64,000 bases of DNA from Bacillota bacterium (GCA_023442465.1 JAEZZQ010000050.1:14843-78842); one strand, 5' to 3'; counted from the stretch's first letter, positions 19,208-29,805 are shown. Notes: generated from the sequence alone by a model not told the origin. Made by a program: numbers and translations.

Positions 19208-20224
19208 GTGAAATCTGAAAAGAAAAATGTGATTTATATGGCAGCAATGGTATTAGCGTTTGCTTTGATGTTAACATCCTGCACAGCGAGTGCCGGTACA
19301 GAAGAAAACACAGTGGAAAATATTTCGAATGATTCTTCGGAACAAACAGATTCACAAGATAATTTTCTCCAGTCGGGGGCTGCACAGGAGGAAGGCGGTA
19401 CTCAGGCGGAAGATAGTGTACAGAATAAAACGGATGCACAAAAAGAGGGAAATTCCGAGGATAAAACCAGTATGGCGGATGATGGAGCAAAAAATGAAGA
19501 GCAGCCCCCTTCTCCCTGGGCCGGCAAAAAAGTCTCCATCTGCGGCGACAGCATTTCTACTTTTACTGGTTTTATTCCGGACTATTACAGCAAATTCTAT
19601 CCGGAAAACGGAGATATTACGGATGTGAACGATACCTGGTGGATGCAGGTGATAAAACGTACGGGGATGGAGCTTTGCCGGAATGCGTCCTTTTCGGGAA
19701 GCACGGTAAGCGGGCAGTCTCAGGATAATCATGAAGGAAGGTATTCCTGCGGCAATCAGAGGATTGCAGATTTGGCAAGCGAGGAGGGGGAATGGCCGGA
19801 CATAATTATCATTTTGATGGGTGCCAACGACTTGCTTAACCACATCCCGTTAGGATCCTATGACGGCGTTTCAGCGGTGGAAGAGGGCTATATACAGACT
19901 TTCAGCGAAGCTTATGCGCTGATGTTGGATAAGATGAAGACATGGTATCCCGATGCTGAAATTTATTGCTGCACCGTTGCAGAGGTATCCCGCTGGAATG
20001 ATGCGGGAGAAAAGTTTCCGTTTACGAACGAGCACGGCCTGACGGTGAAGGACTATAATGCCTGGATAACTGCCATTGCGCAGGAAAAGGGAGCGAAACT
20101 TATCGATGTGTATAACTGCGGGATAACTTATGAAAATGCGCGGGAATATACCAGTGACGGAACGCATCCAAATGCGGCAGGGGCTAAGCTCATTGCAGAT
20201 AAGGTCTGCGAGACTTTTCAATAA
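19208..20224 (+). CDS. Secreted SGNH/GDSL hydrolase lipoprotein
   Basis: Lipobox MLTSC; block I ICGDSISTF; block V SDGTHPNAAG. Start is GTG 19208 or ATG 19238. Confidence 0.8.
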   Translation: MKSEKKNVIYMAAMVLAFALMLTSCTASAGTEENTVENISNDSSEQTDSQDNFLQSGAAQEEGGTQAEDSVQNKTDAQKEGNSEDKTSMADDGAKNEEQPPSPWAGKKVSICGDSISTFTGFIPDYYSKFYPENGDITDVNDTWWMQVIKRTGMELCRNASFSGSTVSGQSQDNHEGRYSCGNQRIADLASEEGEWPDIIIILMGANDLLNHIPLGSYDGVSAVEEGYIQTFSEAYALMLDKMKTWYPDAEIYCCTVAEVSRWNDAGEKFPFTNEHGLTVKDYNAWITAIAQEKGAKLIDVYNCGITYENAREYTSDGTHPNAAGAKLIADKVCETFQ

Positions 20225-20230
20225 TAAGAA

Positions 20231-20263
20231 GAAGGTATCCCAATCTATAGTTGGGATACCTTC
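20231..20263. terminator. Bidirectional terminator between convergent genes
   Basis: Perfect 13-bp stem GAAGGTATCCCAA / TTGGGATACCTTC with T-rich flanks on both strands. Confidence 0.75.
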
Positions 20264-20273
20264 TCTATTTTGG

Positions 20274-21866
20274 TTATTCTATTTCATTGGTTTTGGCTTC
20301 CTCGTGATACTCTTTTTCCGTATTCACGCTCCATATATTGCGCTTGTCCTTTATGCCGTTTTTGATATTATTTACGGCTTCGAAGGAGGTACACATGGAA
20401 TGGTCGATATTGTTATAACGGTGCTGTCCGTTGCGGCCTACGCAGTATAGGTTATCGATTGTATTTAAGTAATCGATGAGTTTATCCATATCCTTGTAAG
20501 TGTCGAAGTAAGCGGGATATGCTTTTTTTACACGCTCCACATGGGTATCTAACACCTCGGAGGCGCTGTCGATAAGCTGCATCTTTACCATTTCGGCAAT
20601 AGCGTATTCAGAAAATTGTTCATCGTTCATAGACCAGAAGCGGTCCCCTTCGTTACAGAAATATTCCAGTCCTACCCATATAGTATGTTTCAGATCCTTA
20701 ATCATATAAGGAGACCAGTTGTTATATATTTGCAAACGCCCCATATCTACAGTTCTGTCATGAACGTAAATCCAGCAGTCAGGGACGATGTCTCCCACGG
20801 TCTTCATTTTTGTCAGGTTTTTAAGGTTCAGCTTCGGAACGAGAACGCCGAGAGTCATGTAATCGCGGTAAGGTAGTCCTGACGCGATTGCGGCGATATT
20901 ATCGGGCACATCGTTCATGCCGCCCACCAAATCCCTAACAGGCATGGAGGAGATAAAAATATCGCCTTCCATGGTGGAGGTTACTCCGTCGTGGGTGTAG
21001 GTAAGGGCTGTGATGCGGCCTGTTTCGTCTTTGGTAAGGCCCGTTACTTCGCTGTTTTTCAATATTTTTCCGCCAAGTTTGATGATTTCGTCGGCGGTTA
21101 CCTCCCAGAGCTGTCCAGGACCGAGCTTAGGATATTTGAACTGCTCAATGAGAGATGTCTCCACCCTGCGGCTCTCTTTCCCCGGAAGCATTTTTGAGAA
21201 AACGTCCTTAATAATTGCGATGATAGATAGTCCTTTTACACGCTGGGAGCCCCAGTCAGGAGCAATTTCACTGGGATTTCTTCCCCAGAGGTTTTCCGTG
21301 TAGTTTTCAAAGAACATGGAATAAAGTTTTCGCCCGAAGCGGTTGATATAAAAATCCTCCAGAGAATTTTCTTTCCTTTTGTAGACAAGAGCTTTCAAAT
21401 AACTGAATCCAACAATGATGGTCGTAATAAAGCCCATATTTTTGATCGTTTCAAACTTTAAAGAAATTGGATAATCGAAGAACTTTCGGTTAAAGTAAAT
21501 GCGGGATACGCGATTTCTATTCAGCATGACACGGTCTTCTTTTTCCGGGTCAGGGCCGCTTTCGGCAAGCGGCATAGAGCGGTTTAGCAAAATATCGTCG
21601 TAGGATGGCTTGCCCTGCTCCGGCAGCATGCTTTCCCACCACCGGTTAACTTCAGGAACCTTGGAGAAGAACCGGTGTCCTCCCATATCCATGCGGTTTC
21701 CATTGTGGTTTACCGTTCTGGAGATACCGCCAAAGGCGGAGCTTTCCTCGAATATGACCACTTCGAATTCATTATTGCCCTGATTATCAGCCTGTTTGCT
21801 TGTCAGCAATTCATAGGCGGCAGTCAATCCGGCAGGACCAGCACCTATGATAAGAACCTTCTTCAT
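20274..21866 (-). CDS. FAD/NAD(P)-binding oxidoreductase (amine-oxidase / UDP-galactopyranose-mutase-like fold)
   Basis: N-terminal [17 protein letters not shown] dinucleotide-binding motif and a GGHRFFSK segment; 530 aa. Confidence 0.75.
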   Translation of the reverse strand: MKKVLIIGAGPAGLTAAYELLTSKQADNQGNNEFEVVIFEESSAFGGISRTVNHNGNRMDMGGHRFFSKVPEVNRWWESMLPEQGKPSYDDILLNRSMPLAESGPDPEKEDRVMLNRNRVSRIYFNRKFFDYPISLKFETIKNMGFITTIIVGFSYLKALVYKRKENSLEDFYINRFGRKLYSMFFENYTENLWGRNPSEIAPDWGSQRVKGLSIIAIIKDVFSKMLPGKESRRVETSLIEQFKYPKLGPGQLWEVTADEIIKLGGKILKNSEVTGLTKDETGRITALTYTHDGVTSTMEGDIFISSMPVRDLVGGMNDVPDNIAAIASGLPYRDYMTLGVLVPKLNLKNLTKMKTVGDIVPDCWIYVHDRTVDMGRLQIYNNWSPYMIKDLKHTIWVGLEYFCNEGDRFWSMNDEQFSEYAIAEMVKMQLIDSASEVLDTHVERVKKAYPAYFDTYKDMDKLIDYLNTIDNLYCVGRNGQHRYNNIDHSMCTSFEAVNNIKNGIKDKRNIWSVNTEKEYHEEAKTNEIE

Positions 21867-22415
21867 ATATCAAAATTCCTCTCATATCAACTAATTATTT
21901 GTATTTTTCCTATTCGTAACAAAAACAAATGTTACAGTTTAGACGAAGGCTGAACCGTAACAAATAAGCTACAATTAAGGTATATTTTAACATGTAATCG
22001 ATAAAATGTCCATTCTCAATCTCGGGTATGAAACCGCCTGTATCGGGTTTTCGACTGTTTATATTGAAATTTATATAAAAAATAAGCTGGACAAATATTC
22101 CTGAAATGGTAATATTTTTATGAGAAGCTATGAAAGATATATGGTTTTAAAACATAATACCTTGTAGTTGCTGTCTCAAACCATTATAATAAAATGAAAT
22201 AAAAGTAAATAAATTTATCGCAGAAAATAAAACATATTCCACAAAGAAATGGGAAAGCTTGCAGTTATGAACCCACTGTCTTGTCGGCAGTGCCTTGCAA
22301 AAGCAGCAGGAAAGCGGCTATGTTGAAATTGACAAGAAGAAAATCACAGCAAACGGTAAAGAAGCGTTGGAGGCATTGATAGAAAGAGAAAATTGAGGAA
22401 GAAGGGGATACGAAT

Positions 22416-23186
22416 ATGGAGAATGAGTACAAAACACCCATAGAAGAAAGACAGGCTCACATCCGCTTATCGGTGCAGGACGGAGCAAAATACGCGATTT
22501 TGCCGGGAGATCCTGCAAGAATCGACCATATTAAGAAGTTTTTGACGGATGCGAAGGAGCTTCAATATAACAGGGAAATGCGAAGCGCCAGCGGTTATTA
22601 CAAGGGCATTAAAGTACTGGCAGTTTCCACCGGCATGGGTGGGGCTTCCACAGGAATTACCGTAGAGGAGCTGCACAATATCGGAGTGGAATATATGATT
22701 CGCATTGGAAGCTGTGGTGCTCTTGACCCTTCCATACGCCTCGGGGACCTCGTCCTCGTAAACGGGGCGGTAAGGGATGACGGAGCTTCAAAAGCCTATA
22801 TTGAGCCGGCATATCCGGCCATTCCGGATACCCGCCTTCTTATGGCTGCTATTCGGTCGGCGGAAGAGAAGGGATTTCCTTTCCACATCGGGAAAGCGAG
22901 AAGCCACGACAGTTTTTATACCGACAGAGAAGAAGCCATCGATGCCTACTGGTCGTCGAAAGGAATCTTGGGAGCGGATATGGAGACGGCCGCACTGTTC
23001 ACGATCGGAGCTCTGCGAGGTGTAAAATGTGCCTCTATTTTGAATACGGTGGTGGAGTTTAAGGCCGATTTGAAGCAGAATATCAACGATTATGTGGACG
23101 GAGAATCTATCGTAAAACAAGGCGAGGAAAATGAGATCATTACAGCATTGGAAGCCTTTGTCATACAAAATAATACGAACAATTAA
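22416..23186 (+). CDS. Nucleoside phosphorylase (PNP/UDP family, uridine-phosphorylase-like)
   Basis: LPGDPARIDHI, STGMGGAS, RIGSCGAL and DMETAALF motifs. Confidence 0.8.
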   Translation: MENEYKTPIEERQAHIRLSVQDGAKYAILPGDPARIDHIKKFLTDAKELQYNREMRSASGYYKGIKVLAVSTGMGGASTGITVEELHNIGVEYMIRIGSCGALDPSIRLGDLVLVNGAVRDDGASKAYIEPAYPAIPDTRLLMAAIRSAEEKGFPFHIGKARSHDSFYTDREEAIDAYWSSKGILGADMETAALFTIGALRGVKCASILNTVVEFKADLKQNINDYVDGESIVKQGEENEIITALEAFVIQNNTNN

Positions 23187-23203
23187 ACGGAGGGAATAAG
23201 GAA

Positions 23204-23818
23204 ATGAGTAAAAATGGAAAGAGTTTATGGTCACTGAAATTTAACACGGCGACGCTGGTATTGATTCCGGCGGCCATCGGAATCAACTATCTGGGCAAAC
23301 TGTTTGCCGGCGCATTAAAGCTGCCGCTGTGGCTGGATGCCATCGGAACCTGTCTGGCAGCGGTGCTTGCAGGACCGATTGTGGGCGCGATCTGCGGTGC
23401 TGCCAACAACATCATTTACGGACTTACGATGGATCCGATTTCAACGGTATACGCGTTGACGAATATCGCTATCGGCCTTGTGGTCGGTGTATTGTCTTAC
23501 AAGGGCTTTATGAAAAATATCAAGCTGTCGCTGCTTACCTCCATCATAGTCGGTTTTGTTGCAGTTGTGGTATCTACGCCTCTCAACATGATTTTCTGGG
23601 GAGGAACTACCGGAAATATATGGGGCGATGCAGTTTATGCATGGGCGCTGGCACAGAATATACCGGTATTGATTGCTTCATTTCTGGATGAAGTTATCGT
23701 AGACCTTCCGGATAAGATTGCGGTTATCCTGATTGTATTCGGAATCAGCAAGAGCCTGCCCAAGAGTCTGGTGGCACTGTATCAGAGCGGTGATACGATT
23801 GAAAGTCTGGACGATTAA
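23204..23818 (+). CDS. ECF transporter substrate-specific (S) component
   Basis: 204-aa protein with about six TM helices, directly upstream of the ECF T and A genes. Confidence 0.7.
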   Translation: MSKNGKSLWSLKFNTATLVLIPAAIGINYLGKLFAGALKLPLWLDAIGTCLAAVLAGPIVGAICGAANNIIYGLTMDPISTVYALTNIAIGLVVGVLSYKGFMKNIKLSLLTSIIVGFVAVVVSTPLNMIFWGGTTGNIWGDAVYAWALAQNIPVLIASFLDEVIVDLPDKIAVILIVFGISKSLPKSLVALYQSGDTIESLDD

Positions 23819-23841
23819 TCTAAGGAAGGCATATTTATAAA

Positions 23842-24615
23842 ATGAAAAGTATTAGTTTGTATGAAGAAAAAGGTTCGTTGCTGAATAAGATGGCGCCGGA
23901 AAGTAAAATACTCTATATCGTGGTCGCTCTTTTGCTGCCTGCTATCATGGGCAGCAAGTGGGTCAGCGTCGGATTCATTGTCATCAGCGCTTGTTTGCTG
24001 CTCATATCGAAGGTGCTTAGAAAGACTGTGCCGATTTTGAGCATTTCAGGCTTTGTCCTGCTTACTGTTGTTATCATTCAGGGAATATTCCGCGCCGGAA
24101 ATGTTACTCCGGTGCTTACGATCGGTCCTGTCAGTTTTTACGAAGAAGGGCTTTACTTTGCGTTGGGAATCGTGATTAATGTGCTCAATATCCTGCTGAG
24201 CTTCTGCGTGCTGATTCTTACTGCCAAGCCCTCAGATATTGTGGAAAATTTTGTGAGAAAGGGCTTTTCGCCCAGATTCGGATACGTGTTCATATCTGTT
24301 TTTCAGATTATTCCTCAGATGACGGAGACCATGTCTACCATTACCGATGCCCAGAGAAGCAGAGGAATGGAGACGGAGGGAAATCTACTGGTGCGTATCA
24401 AGGCGTTTCTTCCCTTGATTTCACCGGTAGTTATGAGTTCGCTGATCAATACGAAGGAACGCGCTTTAGCGCTGGAGGTACGAGGATTTAACGCAAAAAA
24501 TAAAAAGACATTTTTAAATGATGAGAAAAAATGCGGTGCTGACAAATACGTTCAGCTCGGGATGCTTATCCTGCTCGCCGCGGGTATTGTGTGGAGGATT
24601 GCAGGATGGAAATGA
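23842..24615 (+). CDS. ecfT: ECF transporter transmembrane (T) component
   Basis: CbiQ-like membrane protein with the TDAQRSRG coupling motif. Confidence 0.8.
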   Translation: MKSISLYEEKGSLLNKMAPESKILYIVVALLLPAIMGSKWVSVGFIVISACLLLISKVLRKTVPILSISGFVLLTVVIIQGIFRAGNVTPVLTIGPVSFYEEGLYFALGIVINVLNILLSFCVLILTAKPSDIVENFVRKGFSPRFGYVFISVFQIIPQMTETMSTITDAQRSRGMETEGNLLVRIKAFLPLISPVVMSSLINTKERALALEVRGFNAKNKKTFLNDEKKCGADKYVQLGMLILLAAGIVWRIAGWK

Positions 24616-25475
24616 GTACAAAGCACCCAAAGATTGTCGTAGAAAACTTAAAATACAAATATCTTGCAACGGATTTTTTGGCTCTGGATGGTATTTCATT
24701 TTCTGTGGATCAGGGTGAATTTATCGGAATCATAGGAAAAAATGACTCCGGCAAGAGCACTCTCTGTCAAGCTATTGCGGGGCTGGTCCCTAACTTTTAC
24801 AAGGGAGCTTATGGGGGAAGGATTCTGATTGATGAGCTGGAAGTGAAGAATGTGGATTTGGACGAGCTTTGCAAAAAAGTCGGCATCGTATTTCAGAATC
24901 CTTTCAATCAGGTTACCGGCTCTAAGCTCACGGTATATGAAGAAATTGCCTTCGGGCTTGAGAACTTGGGAATCGAAAGGCAGGAAATGATACATCGTAT
25001 CGACGAGGCGATGGAGCTTTTGGACATCATGAAGTACAAGGATAGAGAACCCTTCGATTTGTCGGGGGGACAGATGCAGCGTATGGCCATTGCCGGAATC
25101 ATCGCGATGCAGCCTGAAGTTATCGTATTGGACGAGCCTACTTCACAGCTTGATCCGCAAGGCAGAGAGGAAGTGTATCAAGCGGTGCAGAAGTTGAGCA
25201 AAAAGGGAATTACCATATTCATGGTGGAACATAACATGGAAAAAATCGCCTCATACAGCGACAGGGTTCTGCTTTTGGACAGCGGGAAGCTCATCGATTT
25301 CGACACTCCCCAGAGAATCTTTTCAAGAGAAGATTTGGACACATATGGAGTGGAGCCACCCGCGTTTACGAAGATTTGCAGAGAGCTGAATCTAAAAAAT
25401 GCTGAGACCGGCTTCTATCCTGTAACACTGGAGGAGGCTTATGATTTACTTAGCAAGGAAAAGAGGGGGATGTAG
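24606..25475 (+). CDS. ecfA1: ECF transporter ATPase subunit
   Basis: Walker A GKNDSGKST, signature LSGGQMQR, Walker B VLDEPTS. GGAGGA lies 7 nt upstream of ATG 24606. Confidence 0.85.
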   Translation: MEMSTKHPKIVVENLKYKYLATDFLALDGISFSVDQGEFIGIIGKNDSGKSTLCQAIAGLVPNFYKGAYGGRILIDELEVKNVDLDELCKKVGIVFQNPFNQVTGSKLTVYEEIAFGLENLGIERQEMIHRIDEAMELLDIMKYKDREPFDLSGGQMQRMAIAGIIAMQPEVIVLDEPTSQLDPQGREEVYQAVQKLSKKGITIFMVEHNMEKIASYSDRVLLLDSGKLIDFDTPQRIFSREDLDTYGVEPPAFTKICRELNLKNAETGFYPVTLEEAYDLLSKEKRGM

Positions 25476-26345
25476 ATGGAAATGAGTATAAGACACTCAG
25501 GAAAAAACATAAATGAGTATGAACCGCTCAATGAGTATAAGACGCTCATCCAAATCAAGGACTTGCATTTTTCTTATACCGAAGGGGAGGAGATTTTAAA
25601 AGGGCTTAATTTTGCCCTCGATGAGAGGGCGACTGCTATTATCGGGCAAAATGGTGCGGGAAAGACCACCTTTGTAAAACTGCTGAAAGGGTTGCTTCGG
25701 CCTACAGAGGGCACTGTGGAGTTTGACGGAAAGGATATACGCGATATGACAGTGGCACAACTGGCCAGACATATCGGTATGGTTTTCCAGAATCCCAACG
25801 ATCAGATTTTTAAAAACAGAGTTCTTGACGAGGTTATGTTCGGTCCGCTTAAAATCGGTATGGGAGAGGCCGCAGCCAGGGAAAAATCGTTAAAAGCGCT
25901 GGAACTGGTAGGACTGTCCGGCCATGAGGATAAAAATCCTTACGACCTTGGCTTGTCCAGCCGGAAGCTTGTGGCAATCGCTTCCATCGTAGCGATGGGC
26001 CCCAAAGTAATCATATTTGATGAGCCTACAATCGCCCAGGATTACTATGGAAAAGAGCGGATTAAGTCGGTGATCCGTAAGTTAAGGAGTGAAGGTGTCA
26101 CGGTCATTACCATCATTCACGATATGGATTTTGTGGCGGATGTTTTCGAGCGTGTTATCGTATTTGCCAAGGGTGGAATACTTCTCGACGGCAGTGCGAA
26201 AGAAGTTTTCGCTGACGAGACCATTTTGAAGGAGGCTTATTTAGAGCAGCCAAATGTGACCAGACTTTGTCAGAGTCTCGGCTATGAAGAGGTCTTTTTG
26301 AATACCGGTGAATTTGTCCATTTCCTAAGGAAGTCCCTTTTATAA
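25476..26345 (+). CDS. ecfA2: ECF transporter ATPase subunit 2
   Basis: Walker A GQNGAGKTT, Walker B IFDEPT and a degenerate signature LSSRKL. Confidence 0.85.
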   Translation: MEMSIRHSGKNINEYEPLNEYKTLIQIKDLHFSYTEGEEILKGLNFALDERATAIIGQNGAGKTTFVKLLKGLLRPTEGTVEFDGKDIRDMTVAQLARHIGMVFQNPNDQIFKNRVLDEVMFGPLKIGMGEAAAREKSLKALELVGLSGHEDKNPYDLGLSSRKLVAIASIVAMGPKVIIFDEPTIAQDYYGKERIKSVIRKLRSEGVTVITIIHDMDFVADVFERVIVFAKGGILLDGSAKEVFADETILKEAYLEQPNVTRLCQSLGYEEVFLNTGEFVHFLRKSLL

Positions 26346-26399
26346 TGAGGGGGCTTATCCTTGCAATATGCTCCGCGGTTTTTGGTGCGAAAGAGCCTG

Positions 26400-26801
26400 T
26401 CAGACAAGCCATTCTTTTGCTAATTCTGCATCTGTAAAATATGCCTTTGTAATGCCTCTATTCTCCGGAGTTTGTCCTAAAATATTATGAAATCTCCACT
26501 TTGTAAATCCTTCTAAACCTATAAACGCTATCTTGTATGTATGTTCCCGAAGCCGGGAAATGCTTTCAATTATCAATTTCATAGTTTGCTTATCTAAACT
26601 GTTTTCATCCACGTTATACCATATTCTGAACCTGGCATGAGAAGGCTTGGATAAGAAGAACGCTTCAATTTTTAACATACGGTCAAGGAGAGCTTTTCTG
26701 TTTGTCTTATATCCATCCAAATGGCAGCAATATATTTCGCAGTTACGATAAGAAATAATCAAGATTGGTGTTTTGGATTCCACAATTTCCATAGTATTCA
26801 C
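26400..26801 (-). CDS. Small cytoplasmic protein co-transcribed with PadR (possibly DUF4180/STAS-like)
   Basis: 133-aa ORF that overlaps the PadR stop by 4 nt. The family assignment is tentative. Confidence 0.5.
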   Translation of the reverse strand: MNTMEIVESKTPILIISYRNCEIYCCHLDGYKTNRKALLDRMLKIEAFFLSKPSHARFRIWYNVDENSLDKQTMKLIIESISRLREHTYKIAFIGLEGFTKWRFHNILGQTPENRGITKAYFTDAELAKEWLV

Positions 26802-27340
26802 TCGCTTTCAATCAAATCCGATAAAGGTCTTTGCATACGGATATGCTGGCACCACTCAATCGCTTTTTGCATAATGCCAATTCCGTAATATAGAGTAGAT
26901 AGTTTATAATAAAAACATTCGCTATTTTCTAATTCTTTAAACTTTTTCTCTAAATCAAGGAGCTTTTTCAAATAGTTTCTGTTGTTTATTTCATACTCAA
27001 ATAACTGACGTTCACGGATTTCTGGAGATAATTTATCAAAGAAATAGACTTTTGCCAAATGAGTATTGGTACCTTCAAATATGTCCATTGGAGAAGAAAG
27101 CCACTCGAAAAATTGGTCCTGTCCCTCCTTTGTAATGTGATAAAATATTTTCTTCCTGCCGCCTTGTGGCTTTTCAGACGTTGTTAAAAACCCTTTTTCG
27201 GTCAATCTTTTCAAGGCGGGATACAGGCTGCCATAGCTGGCCTTATAAAAAACACCAATACCGTTTTCTATCATTTTTTTAATGTCATAGCCTGTTAAGT
27301 CGTATTCCAATACCATACCTAAAATAATAAATTCTAGCAT
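26798..27340 (-). CDS. PadR-family transcriptional regulator
   Basis: Winged-helix segment ILGMVLEYDLTGYDIKK...GSLYPALKRLTEKGFL with a C-terminal coiled extension. Confidence 0.85.
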   Translation of the reverse strand: MLEFIILGMVLEYDLTGYDIKKMIENGIGVFYKASYGSLYPALKRLTEKGFLTTSEKPQGGRKKIFYHITKEGQDQFFEWLSSPMDIFEGTNTHLAKVYFFDKLSPEIRERQLFEYEINNRNYLKKLLDLEKKFKELENSECFYYKLSTLYYGIGIMQKAIEWCQHIRMQRPLSDLIESE

Positions 27341-27650
27341 TTTATATCCTCCGATTAGATATATCTATAAGATATATGGTATTGCTGATTTTGTGCTTTG
27401 TCAAGACAGAAAAACAGGAAGGAGGTATACCGGTATGCCCTATTTGGGTTTTCTGAATGATCCATTGTCACTTCTGGCGGAGCAGGAAAAGCGAGTGGTA
27501 ACATGCAGCAGGATGAAATACCAGGGGAAAGGGAAAACAGAAAAGCAATGTATAAAATAGATGTATGGACAGATAATGCGAATTGGGTTAAACTTACAAA
27601 TAGCAACCTGCAATCTGGGTATAAAGAATAGTGAAACGGAGCAGACAGTA

Positions 27651-28760
27651 ATGATCGTAGTTAAAATTTTAGGCATTATATTATGGATGTTTGTGCTTCC
27701 CTTTTGTATCGGGCTGATTCCCTTGCGGTGGATACCGAAGGAAAAGAAAAACATAGGAGTAGTGTTCATCGCCGGTTATGTCATTATGCTTCCGATGTGC
27801 TGGCTGGTAACCGTGCCTGCGATACTTCTTGTAAAATACGACAGCTTTCTTGTTATGGTACGCCTTTTTACTGTAGGTATGGCGATTGCGGCAGCAGCAG
27901 GCGTAGCTTTAAGCGCATGGGCTGTTAAGAAGAAACAGTGGGTATCCTTAAAACCGGCATTTCGGTGGGCTGATATTTCCATGGAAGAGAAGATAGAATG
28001 GTTCTTGTTTTTGGCACTCATTGCATTCCAGCTCTATAAAGCGTTTACTCTCACCTCCTTTGACGGAGATGATGCGGAATATGTGGCACAATCCCTTGTG
28101 ACTCAGCAGAGCAATACGATGTATCTGATTAAGCCGTATACAGGAGGGACGACCTCCCTGGACATCAGACATTCTCTGGCTGTGCTGCCTATATGGATTG
28201 CGTACGTGGGAAGAATGACGGGAATCCATACGACGATATTGGCGCATAGTGTCATTCCTTTTGTGTTTATCCCTCTGACCTATGTGGTTTACTTTGAAAT
28301 CGGCAAACAGCTTTTGCGTAAGAAGAAAGCGTTCTTGCCGGCATTTATGGTGTTTATGGCTCTTTTGCAGACATTCGGAAACGTATCCATATATACCAAT
28401 GAGACTTTTTTCCTAACGAGAACATGGCAGGGAAAATCTCTGGCGGCAAATTTCGTGCTTCCTCTTATCGTTTGCCTGCTGCTGTGGATATTCGATAAGG
28501 AGAATGAGTATAAGACACGAAAAGAGGAAAGCTTGGAAGAAAAGGAAAGCACCTTTGGCCTATGGCTCCTTTTATGGCTTGCAAATATGACAGCGGGCGT
28601 ATGTACCTCCATGGTGGTATTCCTCGGAGCGGTGATGATAGCAGTTATCGCGTTCTGGATGATGATAGCGGAGCGGAAATTCAGCGTGCTCATCAAGGCG
28701 GGAATCGTGTGCATACCTAATGTAGCATATATGATACTGTACTTGCTTTTGCACGTTTAA
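27651..28760 (+). CDS. Polytopic membrane protein (DUF6077-like), function unknown
   Basis: Hydrophobic 369-aa protein read from ATG 27651, with GGAG 9 nt upstream. The longer ORF from 27561 lacks an RBS. Confidence 0.55.
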   Translation: MIVVKILGIILWMFVLPFCIGLIPLRWIPKEKKNIGVVFIAGYVIMLPMCWLVTVPAILLVKYDSFLVMVRLFTVGMAIAAAAGVALSAWAVKKKQWVSLKPAFRWADISMEEKIEWFLFLALIAFQLYKAFTLTSFDGDDAEYVAQSLVTQQSNTMYLIKPYTGGTTSLDIRHSLAVLPIWIAYVGRMTGIHTTILAHSVIPFVFIPLTYVVYFEIGKQLLRKKKAFLPAFMVFMALLQTFGNVSIYTNETFFLTRTWQGKSLAANFVLPLIVCLLLWIFDKENEYKTRKEESLEEKESTFGLWLLLWLANMTAGVCTSMVVFLGAVMIAVIAFWMMIAERKFSVLIKAGIVCIPNVAYMILYLLLHV

Positions 28761-28761
28761 G

Positions 28762-28922
28762 ATTACTATAACAGTCATCAACACCGCGAGGGTGGGCGAA
28801 GCACACTTTTGTTTTAAGTGAAGGTCACAGAAAACCCGAGGTATACGCGCGCGAAACTATGCAGGATGAATAATTTCTGCGCATAAAAGGTTGCTATGAA
28901 GCCGTAAAGCTGAATAGTAACC
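28762..28922 (+). mobile_element. MITE-like repeat, family 2, with a perfect 7-bp target-site duplication GTTTAAG
   Basis: GTTTAAG occurs at 28755-28761 and 28923-28929. The element ends are ATTACTAT and ATAGTAACC. It has an internal GCGAAGCACACTTTTGT block and the 3' hairpin module. Confidence 0.8.
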
Positions 28923-28952
28923 GTTTAAGAATATAATAGGAGAACTTTTGGT

Positions 28953-29777
28953 ATGTATGGAATTTTTATGGAGAGCGTGGTCATTTTTAAAAACTATGCG
29001 GGAAACCGTCTGACGATAGTCTTGTTTTTACTGTCGTTAGTCTTTCTGCTTTTTATGGAAAAGGATAAAAGGCGGCGGGCTATCTTCGTGTATACGCCGC
29101 TTTCGCTGTTGTTTTTATTTTTCTTTCCCATCTTCCGAAAAGTGTTTGTGCGGCTGATGAGCGGAGAGGGGGATACCTATTACAGGGTACTCTGGCTCAT
29201 TCCTATGGGCGTTATTATCGCTTACGCAGGAGTGAAGCTGGCCGCCTTGTTGTATGATAGACTGGAAGGAAGGGTATCTGCCAATCAAGGTGATTGGGTG
29301 AAGAGGGCAGTGCTGGCCGCTTTGGCAGTAGCAATCGCTCTTTGCGGAAAATACGTGTATGCCAGCCAATATATGTCGAAGGCGGAGAATCTCTATCATC
29401 TTCCTCAGACAGTAATCGATATTTGCGACCTGATAGCTCCAGAGGACGGCGAAGAAAGAATTTGGTCCGTCTTTCCCACGGATTTGGTTTATTTCGTAAG
29501 GCAGTATGATACGGATATACAGATGCTTTACGGCAGGGAAATGGTAGAACCGAAATGGCAGTATGCGGAGCCGGTGCATACGATTATGAACAATCCGACG
29601 GTTATCGACATCGAGGAGCTGTTAAAGCTGACGCGGGAGAGATATTGCACATACATCGTTCTTCCTAACAACAAGGAAGTGACACAGGCCCCCGAGAATT
29701 TTGGATTGGAGCTTCTGGATACGATAGACGGCTATCCGGTTTATTATGATCCGGTAGCGGCAGCAAGCACGAAATAA
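28953..29777 (+). CDS. Membrane protein with a C-terminal soluble domain, function unknown
   Basis: 274-aa ORF with AGGAG at 28937-28941 and four to five predicted TM segments. Confidence 0.55.
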   Translation: MYGIFMESVVIFKNYAGNRLTIVLFLLSLVFLLFMEKDKRRRAIFVYTPLSLLFLFFFPIFRKVFVRLMSGEGDTYYRVLWLIPMGVIIAYAGVKLAALLYDRLEGRVSANQGDWVKRAVLAALAVAIALCGKYVYASQYMSKAENLYHLPQTVIDICDLIAPEDGEERIWSVFPTDLVYFVRQYDTDIQMLYGREMVEPKWQYAEPVHTIMNNPTVIDIEELLKLTRERYCTYIVLPNNKEVTQAPENFGLELLDTIDGYPVYYDPVAAASTK

Positions 29778-29805
29778 AATAATGCGGAATGCATATTTTC
29801 TATGT

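Noticed and set aside
22249-22326. Short ORF MGKLAVMNPLSCRQCLAKAAGKRLC upstream of the nucleoside phosphorylase gene, as a possible leader peptide
   Set aside because: It has no RBS and no conservation evidence. It overlaps the probable regulator-gene remnant in another frame.
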